This document shows positions 49,349 through 62,200 of a stretch of DNA of 64,000 nt, one piece after another. Under the pieces are notes generated by a model. The model saw only the letters and a list, made by a program, of their open reading frames with translations, made no database searches and was not told the origin of the DNA. Position 1 is the stretch's first letter. The number at the start of each line of letters is the position of its first letter. Made by a program: the position numbers and the translations under genes. The stretch comes from Raillietiella orientalis (taxonomy: Eukaryota). Location: NCBI GenBank assembly GCA_036172245.1, contig JAYWIR010000091.1:62001-126000 (forward strand), given 5' to 3'.

Positions 49349-51253
49349 ATGGCCAGTACACAGGATAGTGTGGAGGAGCAAGCCACTGGATGCACTTCAG
49401 CTGCACTTGAAGTGGCCGCATCCTCCGTAATGGTTTCATCGCCCCCGGTGCGGAGTTACGCCGCCGTTACCTCCCGAAGACCAGGACCCTGCGATGCGGA
49501 GTTCCAGGCATATGTGTCATCAGGATACATGCCTGCACTCCGTTATAAGGTCAGTGGGCCACTTAACGGGAGACTCGGTCGTGAGCTCAATGATGAGCTC
49601 GTCCGGATAGGCGTTCGCGAGGAGGAACTCCTTGCCATAATGCCTGCTGGCAGGATGGAATATACAAAGATTCGGTGCAAGAACGCAGCACTTGTGCAGC
49701 GCCTTCTCCGTACGCCGTTGACCATCAATGGCAAGGAAGTCCTACCTACCGCGATGGACGACTCTTTTGTCGTTCAATTGTGCGACATCGAACCGGAAAT
49801 CTCCGACCGCGATGTCGTAAATGTGCTGGCGAAGTTCGCCACCGTGCACGCTCTGTGGAGGAGGCCAAATCCTCTAAAGGATTTCCCCTCTGTCCACATT
49901 GGACAAGCCTCCGCGAGGATCACCGTCGCGAACAGGCGTGTTGTGCCTGAGCAGCTGCAGGTGAACGGCACGGTCGTTCACCTGTGGTTCATAGGCCAGA
50001 CTCGCGCGTGAGAGCAGTGCGGCAAGGATGGGCACCGAATTAAAGAGTGCCCCTCTCCAAGATGCCGCTATTGCAAAGATTCCGGGCACGAAATCAAGAA
50101 GTGCCCGGTACTTGCAAGAAAAAGAGCCGCAGCGGAAATTCGTCGGGTTCAAGAGACCACTGCACGAAAAGCCGCAGCGGCAAATAAAAAACGTCGTCCG
50201 CAAAAACTCGAAAAAAACCACGAGCGATCCGCGGATAACAAGAAAGCATCCCCGCCCGCAACGCCCCGAAAGGGGAAAGTCACGGCGGGGAAGCCAATTA
50301 AAAAGGGGCGCGAGGGTTTGACGCGTGCCGTGCCTTCCCTCTCTGCCGAACTCGCAGGCACCTTTCCGAACCTGGAACCAGGAAATCTCCGTAACACCCG
50401 GGAGGGAAAGGTAGGAAAACAGGAAGATCGCAACAGTGCGAAGACTTCTTGCCCCATTCCGTTGTCCCTTCCGAGTTCCGGACAGCCCCACTGCAGCGCA
50501 GGCCCCACTGCAAAGGCTACGAAAGCCGTAAAAAGCAGCGTCGCAACAAGCAAAAGCACGCTGCATGCAGTCGCCCCATCGCCGACTCGGCAGGAGAGGA
50601 GCAATCTCCCGACTGTCAAGAAGGTGACTCCGTTGCCGCCTTTTAAAGGCGTAGCGAAAGCAACGCCCCCAGAGAACGCAGCGAAAATCCCGGAGGTTTC
50701 CGCAACTACTGTCGCGGAAGCTTCCGAAAATCGCGAAGGCGAATGGAAGGTTGTGGAGAGGAGGAAAGGAAAATCTCCAAAGAAAGCTCCGCAACCTCCA
50801 TCCCTGAGCTCTTCCAAAGGAAAAAGCAGTCGCGCGAATACGAAAACACGCGCGGCTTGTGACTCTTCCAAGGAAAAAGCCAACGCCTTCAACGCGTGCA
50901 AGTCCGCTTCTGTGACCGCCGAGAAGACCATTCCGGTGCAATCGGACGGATGCAAGCGCACGTCGATCGTGCGAGCATCAGACTTCGCAAAGGAGTCCGA
51001 TAACGCAGCTGAACGACGCGTAACTCGCGCGGGAGCGAGCGCCCGCAGGGCTGAAGCCCTGAGGCGTGACACACTCGCCGCGGAACGGCGAGTGCTCACC
51101 CCGGAACCCACAGGTTCTGCACCCGGGGAGGAGCACCCGATTACGTGCAGCACAGTTGAGGCCGGTGGCGACCGCGCCCTCCAGCCCGTCGTGCTGCTTA
51201 CTGCCCGCTCGCCGGGTGAGGCGAGCACCACGGCCTCGCTTTCCCAGCCGTGA
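49349..51253 (+). pseudogene. Family C ORF1p with one premature stop (50009-50011, Cys TGC to TGA)
   Basis: ORFs 49349..50011 and 50318..51253 are in the same frame. Two CCHC knuckles. The paralog has TGC at about 55968. Confidence 0.88.
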
Positions 51254-54200
51254 TGAGGGCAATCGCGTCTTCGTGTCGTGTTGCCGTAACGTCTTGGAAC
51301 GTCAACGGGCTCCAACACGAGGAGAAGAGGCGACTAGTGGCTGACGCTCTGCGCGCCTTCGACTTGACGCTCCTGCAGGAGATTCACAGCATCTCCAGAG
51401 AGCAGGCTGCCGAAATCGAACGGCGCGCGGGCGGAACGCTACTTTATAGGTGCGGCGTTGCACGTACGTGCGGCGTCGCTTTCCTCGTGAGAGGAACTTT
51501 GGCGGGAGCGGTGCGCAGCGTTCGTTTCGACACGGAAGGCCGAGTGGGACAGCTTGTACTCAAGTGGTCCGACTCGATCGACCTTGTCGTAACCAACGTG
51601 TACGCGCCGAGCGGTGCTGGACGATGGGCCGAAAGGATTGAGTTCTTCGGTACCCTTCAAGGCCAGTGGCTCACTCGATCTCACCCTACTGTGGCCCATC
51701 TCATTGAGGGGGACTTTAACGTCCACCTGCTTTCCGAGAATAGATCCCACAAAAGGGAAAAGTTGCTAGCGGAAGAGATGTGCGCGTCCGTGCACGCGTG
51801 CAACTTGTTCGCTAGCGACCCTGTTATGGCAGCAACGCCGGACCACGTATACCTTGATGAACACTTGCTCTGTCGAGTGGGTCGGAGAGGTCCCGTGCCG
51901 TCCGTGCTTTCAGACCACAACAGGCTCGAGTTCGAGTTGATCCCGCCAGGCAAGGGGCCTCCAAACTGTTTTTGGAGGATGCCGGCAGACTGGCTAAGCC
52001 ACCCGGAGGCGGCTGAGCATCTTCGCCAGTACCTCCTCGGCTTTGCCATAAGTGAGCTTGAGGACTGGGACGATGTGAAAAGATCGGTCCGCGAGTTCTG
52101 CTGCCGGTTTCCCTTGCACCAGCTTCCGCGCGGCTTCGGAGAGGGCGTAGCCAACAGCAGAGATTTTCTGCAGGCCCGCTCCTTTTCCAGGCGCGCGGAC
52201 GTTGGTCGATTATCCGAGTACAAGGCCAAGGCCGAGCGCCAGGTCTGGCAGTCAGGGGCAACAGTTCTGCTCGACGACCAGGACCGGGAATGCTCGGCTC
52301 CAGCCGACGTGCGACGGATAGTCAGGCGCTATTACTCTTCTCTGTATGCAGAGGCACCGACGGAACGCAGCCTCTCCCGGCTGCTTCTGCCGATTGATGC
52401 ACCTGTTGTAGACGAGGAGGAACGCGCGCGTCTTGATGAGCCCTTCACGGCAGAGGACATTTCCTCGGCCATCTCGGGGCTCAAGAGACGAAAAGCGCCA
52501 GGCGAAGATGGGCTCCCCGCGGAATTCTTTCAGTGTTTTGCGGCGGAGCTCATCCCTCTGGTGCTCCAGCTCTCGTCGCTGATGCGAGACTCTCGCGATG
52601 TCCCCGCCTCGTTTCGCTCAGCGAAGGTGCGTCTACTGCCGAAAGGCGGAGATTTGCGCCAACTGAACAACTGGCGTCCGATCACATTAGTGAATTCGGA
52701 CGTCAAGTTGTTCTCGAAACTTTAGGTGGCGCGGATGGGTAGGATCGCGGAATCCTTGGTAAGTCCGGAGCAGACGTACGCTGTTCCTGGGCGGTCCATG
52801 GACGCGAATCTCTTGTTCATCCGCACATGGCTGCAATTGCAGCATCGTGTGGCGGTGGATCGTCGTGCGGAAGCGACGCCTTCGATCTCTCACCGACGGA
52901 GGCGCGGGACGCAAAGGGAGACACCGGGAGCCTTGGCGGTTGCAGTCGATCTGCACAAAGCTTTCGATTGCGTGAACCAAAAGCTTCTTCTTGAGCTTTT
53001 GGAACGTCTGGGTCTTCCGGCATCCCTGTTGGCGTACTTGCGCTCCTGCTAACGCCACGCGATTACATCCATTGTTTTCAGTGGCTGTCGCGTGTACGGC
53101 GTGCCGGTACGACGAGGAATTAGGCAGGGTGACAGCTTAAGCCCGCTGCTCTTCAGCATCTATTTTGAATTTGTGCTGGAGGCTTACAGGCTGACGCTAG
53201 CCAACCTGCCGAGCTCCTGTCCAGGTACGCCCGCCGTGGCAGCCTATGCCGACGACCTGCTTCTCCTGTTGCCCATGTCCACCCCGACAGCGTCGCTTGA
53301 AGATTTCTTTGAGTTGATCCGTCGGGGTGCGGGCGTGAGCGTTAACAGGAGTAAGTGTATGGTTGTTCCGGTTGGTGCGACGTGGGAGGGGCAGTCCGAC
53401 TGGATCGACCTGGGGATCCCCACGGGCAGGTACCTCAGGTACCTTGGCGTGCCGTTGGGCGACTTCTGCGTCTCAGAAGCGTGGTCGGACTGCCTTCGGA
53501 AGGCAGAGCGTGCACTTAGCCCGTTTTCAGGAGGCGAGTTCGTCTTGCCGGAACGGGCCTGCATCTGGAACACCTTCGTTGCCCCCCTCCTCCGCCCCCT
53601 GTTTTTTGTTTGTCCACCCCCCAGGAAGTCAAAGTCTGGGCGCAGCGCCTTCTACGCAAAGCGTTGTGGGGCGCTGCAAGATCCCGTGTTAGACTTAAAG
53701 ACTTGGTGGCGCCGCGTCAGGATGCAGGCTTGGGCATCCTCGACTTAAACAGCATCGAACTGCAGGTGCAGTTTCGCATGCTGCGGCTCTGTGCCAAGAT
53801 GTGGTGTACGCCGTGGTGCTTACCCGCACGCCTTATACTGAGGCGCTGCACGGGAAGCGAGGGACTGCTTTCGTTGCTACCCCACTTTCGGCACACCAGA
53901 ATAGGGTTTGGCTTCCCGCTGAGGCAGCTGTCCTCACTGCTGGAAGCCCGAAGCTGGATCTCCTGCCGCCCCATGAACATTAATGCATGGCGGCAGGAAT
54001 CTTTTTCATCGTGGGCAGCTTCCGAAGGAACGCGCCCGGAAGATCTTCGACGCCCTCGACTTCTCCTCAGTCATCAAATGGACGAAGTCATGCAGGACAA
54101 GAAGTTGTCGGATCGTCTGGCCGCCACACCACTCGCCGTAGCGCTGTCTGCCCTCAGGGCAAGCAACGACGGTTGCCTACCGGCGGAATGGGAGTTCTCC

Positions 54201-54824
54201 TGCAAAATAGCGGGAGTCAGTAAGCTCCTCGGCAGCTGGACGACAAAGGAGCTGGTGCAAGCCGCCACACCTCGGAATCGGGCGAAGGGACTGCTTCGGT
54301 GGAGCGAACATTTAAGTGTGCCCCCCGGAGAGATAGTGGTTCCCCCCGTTTGTTTGGACAGCTCCGTGTTCCCCCTTAAGTGGAAACAAGATGTGCTCCT
54401 CTTTTTACATTGTGCATTTCACTGTAATAGGCAGCGAAGCATCGTTTCCGGGGGAGCTGCTTTGCCAAACTGTTTAAGGTGCGGAGAGATCGAGTCTTTT
54501 CCGCACCTTGTGTTGGACTGCGGTGACCTCCGGGAACTGTGGCGAAGGCTCACTTCGGCCATCATGCCACAAGGAGGCACTGCCATTGATGTGCTGCGGC
54601 GCTTCTTCAGCAGAAATGGACTTTCGGGTGGCGCGATTGTCGCAACCATGTGTTGCGTTCGCGCCATCGTGAAGGCCCGCTACGCCCTGGAGTTGTCATC
54701 GCAGCGAAGGGAGGCTCACCTGCTTGCAGCTCAATTCATGGAGAAGGCTTCAAGGTGGTCTCATCTTCGTGACAAGGTGAATGAGGACATCACCGGCATA
54801 CATCGCCGGTTTACACACCTTTGA
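51253..54824 (+). pseudogene. Family C ORF2p (EN, RT, zinc finger) with stops at 52723 and 53050 and a frameshift near 53620
   Basis: Motifs WNVNGL, GDFN, SDH, DLHKAFD, GIRQGDSLSP, YADD, RYLG, CLRCGEIESFPHLVLDC. Confidence 0.92.
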
Positions 54825-56552
54825 GAACGGCGTAATCCGGTGACCCCTGCGACCTCTCGCCCACCCATACCCCGTCCCTGTTCGCTCGGTAAAATTTCCG
54901 GTGCCCATGCTTTTATCCCCGTGTCTTCCAGAGCGATCCCAAAGACCCTTATCCCGTCCCCCTTATTCATTGTTTTTATTTTTTTTTGGTTTCTTTGTGT
55001 TTCCCGCCCCCCCACACCGTTCACAAAACTGTTACTCTGGCCTGCGTGCCAGCAATATTCTCTTCATTCTTGTTCAGTCGTCGGTTGGGAGTTTGGTTCC
55101 CAACTGGTTTATTTTGTATAATTGCTTTTTTTTTGGTTATGTTATATGGAATAAACGCCCCGGCGTGACCGGGTGAGAAATCTCCTGCGCTCGTACAGTG
55201 CAGACGTGTTTCCGCGTTTATCCGCGCCAACGATCGGGCAACTTCGTGCCTGGGTTTTCGCTCTCACTTGTGTGTTCCTCTGCAATCTGCCAAGTGACAT
55301 AGTGCAACATGGCCAGTACACAGGATAGTGTGGAGGAGCAAGCCACTGGATGCACTTCAGCTGCACTTGAAGCGGCCGTATCCTCCGTAATGTTTTCCTT
55401 TCCCCAGTGACGAGTTGCGCCGCCGTTACCTTTTAAAGACCAGGACCCTGCGATTCGGAGTTCCAGGCATATGTGTCATCAGGATACATGCCTGCACTCC
55501 GTTATAAGTTCAGTGGGCTTCTTAACGGGAGAATCGGTCGTGAGCTCAAGGAGGAGCTCGTCCGGATCGGAGTTCGCGAGGAGGAACTCCTTGCCATAAT
55601 GGCTGCTGGCAGGATGGAATATACGAACATTAGGTGCAGGAAAGCAGCACATGTGCAGGGCGTTCTCCGTACGCCGTTGACCATCAATGGCAAGGAAGTC
55701 CTACGAACCGAGATGAACGACTCTTTCGTCGTACAATTGTGCGACATCGAACCGGAAATCTCCGAGCGCGATTTCGTAAGTGTGCTGGCGAAGTTCGCCA
55801 CCGTGCAAGTTGGGTGGAGGAGGCCAAATCCTCTGAAGGATTTCCCCTCTGTCCACATTCGAAAATCCTTCGTGCGGATCATCGTCGCGAACAGGCGTGT
55901 TGTGACTGAGCAGCTGCAGGCGAGCGCCACGCTCGTTCACCTGTGGTTCTTAGGCCAGAATCGCGCGTGCGAGCAGTGCGGCAAGGAGGGGCATCGAATT
56001 AAAGAATGCCCCTCTCCAAGATGCCGCTATTGCAAGGATTCGGGGCACGAAATCAAAAAGTGATCGGTACTTGCAAGAAAACGAGCCGCAGCGGAAATTC
56101 GTCGGGTTCAAGAGACCACTGCACGAAATGCCGCAGCGGCAAATAACAAACGTCGTCCGCAAAAACTCGCAAAAAACCACGAGCGATCCGCGGATGAACA
56201 GAAAGCATCCCCGCTTGCAACGTCCCGAAAGGGGAAAGTCACGGCGGGGAAGCCAATTAAAAAGGGGCGCGAGGGTTTGATGCGTGCCGTGCCTTTCCTC
56301 TCTGCCGAACTCGCAGGCATCTCTCCGAGCCAGGAACCAGGAAATCTCCGTAACACCCTGGAGGGAAAGGTAAAAAAACAGGAAGATGGCAACAGTGCGA
56401 ATACTTCTTGCCCCGTTCCCTTGTCCCTTCCGAGTTCAGGACATCCCCACTGCAGCGCAGGCCCCTCTGCAAAAGCTATGAAAGCCGTAAAAAGCAGCGA
56501 AGCGACGAGCGAAAGCACGCTGCATGCAGTCGCCCCACCACCGACTCGGCAG

Positions 56553-59500
56553 TTTTCCGCAAGTCCCACGAGAGGTGGGGTCAATTTATTTTTCTAAAAT
56601 TTTTCTATAAAAACATTCACACTACAATCTCATCCATACCATTGGCACTTTTTTTACCATTATGAAGTCCTTGGGTTCTCACAAGTTCAGCACTCATGGT
56701 GCGTTTCCTGTTGTTTGGTCCCGGGCGTCGTCTTCTATCCCCTTCAGGATGAATCGCTACGTCCAGGCTTGGATTTTCCCACAGTTTCTGATGCCGATTT
56801 CCCTCTTCAGGAGCCCTTGTAGGATCTCCATCGGTGGTGCGGCTCTTCTGTCTTTCCTCATATTCCACCACCGCACAAGTATGGCGGTGATGAAGAGGGC
56901 GATGGTCGTCCTCACCATGGGATTGTAACACGGAACATTACCATCCCCCTGAAACATCCCGGCGAGGATCTCCATTACGGACCTGGTGGTGAGTCCGATT
57001 ATCCTTTTCAGGATCAGCCAGTCATGCAGCAATGTGGGACACGTCAAGACGTGAAGTCTCGTGGCGATGTCTCCACATGCTGTGCAATCTCGTTCTTCCG
57101 TTCTTCCGTTGTAGTGCTGCAATCGGGACGCACTCTGGATTCCTCCATGATAAAACATCAGGAGTTCATCCTGGGTGCCCGGCGGAAGGTCACTCCTCCA
57201 TAACGTCGTGCCAATTGCTAACAGGTTGATCCGGTCACTCCCGTAGCGATCGGTGGCTTCCTGGAGGGCACTAATATCACTGTGTTCTTCTTGAATTAGT
57301 CTTCGGAGGTTTGTTTTGGTTACCCTGGAGCACGCAAAGTCCTTGTGATTGAACCACACTTCGCGAGTCATGTGGGTAAACCTTCCTAACATCATCTCTA
57401 TATACCTAAGTATACGAGTGTGATGTAGGTACCCTCCTCGTTTCCACTCCTGGATTCGTTGAAGGGTAACTCTGGACCGCTGGTGGATCCAGCTTCTCGT
57501 GTCCGGCGGGACAGGAAGCATCCAAGGGATCACCAGGATGGAATCGTCCTGCCAGAGTTCCCTACTTCTCGGCACGATCTTGATTTTGTGCTTTCGCACC
57601 AGCCGTTGCTTCCTCGTCCCGGATGGGTCGTTTTTTTTCCATTCGCCTGCTCGGCCTAGCAGCACAGTCATCAGGCCTTTGGAGTTGTTCAACAACAACG
57701 CGTAGGCCCTGTGCGCCGCATACGGCCAGTCATCCCAGTAATAGGCAATGTCCAGGATGTGTCGCGTATCCATGATTTATATGGAGTGTGCAAGCGACTT
57801 CATCCAGGAACCGCCTTCTTCCCTGGGGCGACACAGGGGTTTTAGTCGGACTCTTGGGCGATAGTGGCCCCACAGTGTTTTTCTCTGCAGCTTGTCGAAC
57901 TCCCTCGTGGTTTCCTTGTTGATCCTCACGAAGGCCGCCCGAAGACCACTTTTGGAAGGAGTACTCCGTTCCATATGTTGGCCGTTCGCTTCATTCCAAG
58001 GTCCGTTCGGGTGTACTTGGCTGCTTCCTTGGCCGTTTTTCCTAGAATCTCGGTCCACAATAGCTTTGACGCGAAGACGACGCCAATGTAGACACCCAGG
58101 TACTTGGCCTTGTCCAACGTTCGGAATCCTCTCCCCGCTAGAGTGGAGAGATCGAAGATTCCAACGGGCAAGAGCTGGCTTTTCTGAACGTTGATCTTTA
58201 GACCCAGGCCTTGATCCATCAGGTCTACCACATCCAGAAACGCTCGTAGATTTCTCTCTTACTTGATAAAGAAGAGTAGATCGTCAGCGTATGCCAGATG
58301 GGTAAGACGCTGGCCATCGATTATTATGCCTTGCAGTCGTCCGCTCTTCTCGATAAAGGACGACAACGCTTCCATGTAGATGACGAACAGCATCGGACTT
58401 AGCGAATCGCCCTGCCCCCGGATCCATCCGGATTGCTGCCGTCTCATGGCCGTTGATTTTGATTCGGCAGTACTGGTTCTGGTGTACCACCCTCACGAAG
58501 CTGCTGAAGTGTTCCGAAAGGCCTAGCTTCTCCAGAACCATCAGCAGCATCCCATGGTCGATGGAGTGGAAAGCCTTCTCCATGTCAGTGGACACCAGCG
58601 CCAGGTTCTCTCCGACGTATCGCCTGAGTCTCACGGTGGCCTGGGCACACTTAACATTGTCCGACATGTGACGTCCAGAGACTGCACACGTTTGGACCGG
58701 AGAGATGAACCTCCACATGAACTTGCCTCAGCGGTTGGACCAGATCTTCGCCAACCACTTGCCATCGGAGTTCAGGATCGAGATTGGCCTCCATTGAGCG
58801 ACCTGCGTGAGGTCGCCTCTTTTTGGCAACAATCTCATCGGACTCTCGTAGAAGGACTATGGAAGTCTTCCTTCTTCGCGGATGCAGAGAGTCAACTGGT
58901 GGAACAAACGCAGGTAGGCATGAAAGTACTGCTGATAGTGAGTGATGGGTACGCTTTCAGGGCCCGCTACCACGTCCTTGCGTAGTTGACCAAACGTAGT
59001 CTTCACCTCGTCTTCAAAGAATTCGTCCTCCATTCTGTTTCGCTGGAGATCGTCGGTCCTCTTCTCAAGGTAGCTCAGATAGGCCTGTTGACTAGAGCGA
59101 GAGAGGTGTTGTCGCTTAAAGTGTTTTATGTAATGCCTTTGAAAGGCATCCACGATGTCCTCAGACGACTGTCGCTTTTGACCGTCGAACTGGATGCCGA
59201 AGATATCTGTTGCCAGATTTCTCTTCTTCAGCACGCCGACTTTCCCTTTTATGTTCTTGAAGACGTACCGACTCTCGTACTGATCGAAGTACTTTGAGAG
59301 TGAGCGATCTTGGATGTTCAGCTGCCTGTACGCCTCCTGCCTCAAGCGCCTATCTCCCAACTGCATGTTTGCAAACAGGTATATCCTGTGTTTCAGGCTG
59401 TGCCAGTGGACGACTTTTAGGATTGGTTTTGCCTTCAGAATCGTCTCCAGGACAGCCTGATTTCCGGGATGGGTTTCGAACCAGGCGGGCATGCTGATGA

Positions 59501-62200
59501 GCGCCGCCCTGGTGCCTTCCCTCCGCCAAGGATTTTCCGTTCTTAGGGAAAACCTCACCAGGGGGTGATCGGACACCGTAGTCATAGTGTCGGGAAACCC
59601 CTGGATGCGGTTCCCAAGTTCGGTGTTGTGCAGGACGTGATCGATCGGCTTGTGACTTGCAGTTCGCCACACCAGTACGAACTCGTCGGATAACCACCGA
59701 TACGCCGTCCTTCATCTGGCGTCTTCGGAGTGAGTGATCTCATCCAATATTTTTAAATCGCCAGCAACTGTCACGACGTCCTTCGGGCAACCTTCTCACG
59801 GAGTGATGCATGCAGCGCCTCCGCACAACGATGTTTCAGCCTGTGCGGCCCGTGCACGTTCACCAAGATGAGGTGAACAGTAGCGGACCAGCCCAGTCGC
59901 ACGCCGATTATTCGTCCGGTTTGGGGACAGAACACTTCCAGAATAGTGGTGGCCAAGTTCTTCTTGATTAGGACCGCCACTCCATGCGTGTTTGGTTCTT
60001 CCTCGCTGACGAACATCTGACCGTTGAATCGCCATTCCCTTTGCTGATTAATCTCGAGATTCATCTTGTGGGTCTCCTGGAAGCTCACTATGTCTTGTTG
60101 TGCCATGGTCCGCACAATCCTTTTTCTTTTTCCCCGGTCGACCACAACGTTTACATTCCAGGAGGCGATGTTCAGCCTCTTGGCGTTTGATGGGGAAGAG
60201 GCCATAAAAGGGGAAGACCTATTTCTTGGCCTTCCTGAGCTTATTCTGTCTGAGAGAGCGTGCTCTTCCAGATAATGAAGAAGCAGCGGGCTTCTCGCTG
60301 CCGGCGTCACTCTTTGTTCCGGTGAGGTCGGTTACTTCCGCCTCCTCCGTCGAGTGTTCGGCCCGCGCGATCAGTTTTCGAGATAGCGTCTCTATCTGTC
60401 CTTGGCGCAGAAGTTCGTCTTTACGTCGAGAAGCTGTTTCTCTAGCTTTACGCGCTCGGTGACCTTCACAAACTGGTTGACCTTCTCCTATGCATTGCAG
60501 ATCTTCTGCAAGATTTTCTCTGGATGGGGACCGCTCTGCACATCTAGGACTTCATTACCCAGTGATGCCAACTCCTCGGTAGATTGCAGGGCCTCCTGCG
60601 ACACCGGAGTGGCTTCGGCTATTTGTTCTTCCGCGCCTTCCTGCGCTACCTCCATCTTCTTGTTTTCTTGCTTTATACCTTCCAGGATAAGAGGGGTTTC
60701 TTGCTTCTTGACGAGCTTTTTCTTCTTTTCTTTCTTCCCTACCTGTATGAAGCCGTCTTCCGATACCGGAACGGCTTCTTCCACCTTCTTCGGCCTTCCT
60801 GCCTTCTGAGGCTGTTCCGCCTCCTTGGTGTTTCTCTCTTTCACGGGAGAAAGACTTTGAATCCTTCTGCAGTTTGCAAACTCCGGACAGCTCCATTTGG
60901 CATGTCTGTGTATCTTGCAGAAGGAGCACACCTCCGGCTGCGGGCAGTTTCGCACTTGATGTCCTACTTTGCCGCAGCGGAAACAACGACACGTTGGGCA
61001 AGCGCCGGCCCTGTGGACGACTTGCTTGCACTCGGTGCAGAATATCGGTTGTTGCCGGTAACGCACGTTCACTCCCTGGAATTGTTCGTCAAGAACGGCT
61101 AATCCAGGTATCACAGCTCCCTCTTTCAACTTCATTTTGGCGATCATGTCGCCTGAAAACATATTTCCAGAGAAGTTCTAGAATTCAAGGTCCAGAACTT
61201 CCCCATACAGCTCCAAAAAGTTCCAAACCGTTAGTTGCGGTGTGAGGATGGAGATGCCGTTCAGAAACACGGTTGTGTATGGCATCTCGCCAACACCACA
61301 AACCATCCTCCCTTGTATATTGATCCCCTCCTGGATCAATCGCTCTCTAATCTCTTCACAGTCTGTAAAGAATTTGAACCCGTTGTTTGCTGGTATGATC
61401 GCCTGTATGCGATCAAAATTGATATCCGTTTTATCGAAAGACACATACACCTCCCTGATATTATTGAACTTGATCAGCCCAGTCTTGAAAATGATGGCCT
61501 TCACATTCGGCCCTAACTGCACGATCGGCCGATCCACCTTTTAGACTTTACCGCATAGCGGCTTCCCGAATTTTCTTGGTGGGTGGACACTCGCTCGTCC
61601 AGCCGCCACCGACGCATAGGAAAAGGGCTGCGCCGCCGCAGCCGAACAAGATGGCGTCTCGCCTTGAACCGCGTGGACGCCCGCGGATCCTGCTTGGGAC
61701 GACGCCGCCCCGAGCGCAACCCTCGACGTCGCCACCGTTGCCACCGCGGGCGGCACCCTCGGCATCGCCGCTACAGGCGCGACCTTCCCCCCCGTGGGCA
61801 CGATCCTCGGCGTCGACGCCGCGGGCACGACCTCCGCCTTCGTCGCCGCGGGCACGACCTCCGCCTTCGTCGCCGCGGGCACGACCCTTGGCATCGCCGC
61901 CGCCGGAGGAGCAAAGCCCGTCGCGGGCGCGATCCTCGGTATGCCTGCCACCGCCTCTCCGTTGCCGCACGTTCCCTCCATGGCTTCCATTGGGGACGAC
62001 GGTCTCTCCACTCCTCCTCTAGGTGCCTGCATCCTGACAGCTGGTCTTGCTGCACGGGACCACTGCTGGTCTTTTGCCGCGATCTCCTAGCCACTTCTTT
62101 TGTAGTTTCGTCTGGAAAACTTCTCCTCGCCGGGCACACACGAGCACAAGTAACTGATTAAGTTGTCGAGCGCACAATACTTTGAGCCGCGAAGCAAGTT
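56553..62200 (-). mobile_element. Full-length family F LINE (about 5.65 kb) with a 14-bp TSD, disabled
   Basis: CACCGACTCGGCAG at 56539-56552 and CACTGACTCGGCAG at 62201-62214. ORF1 and ORF2 motifs as in the other F copies. Confidence 0.92.
61735..61930. repeat. 27-bp in-frame coding minisatellite (VVPAATKAE-like units) in the F ORF1 N-terminus
   Basis: CGCCGCGGGCACGACCTCCGCCTTCGT is repeated. Fewer units at about 19350-19480, and the tract is deleted at about 37600. Confidence 0.75.

Larger units (their letters stand above)
49235..55179 (+). mobile_element. Full-length family C LINE (about 5.95 kb) with a 15-bp flanking duplication; one of the least decayed copies
   Basis: ATCTCCTGCGCTCGT at 49220-49234 and 55180-55194. 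5' end ACAGTGCAGACGTG; 3' end AATAAACGCCCCGGCGTGACCGGGTGAGAA. Confidence 0.93.

Noticed and set aside
52723..53052. TGG to TAG/TAA stops as evidence of RIP or APOBEC editing
   Set aside because: Trp codons are the easiest route to a stop, and I could not establish a context bias by eye. It needs a consensus-based mutation spectrum.
844..55179. Recurrent palindromic hairpin as a CRISPR repeat, REP element or terminal inverted repeat
   Set aside because: Copies are kilobases apart, always at LINE 3' ends after AATAAA, and there are no cas or transposase genes.
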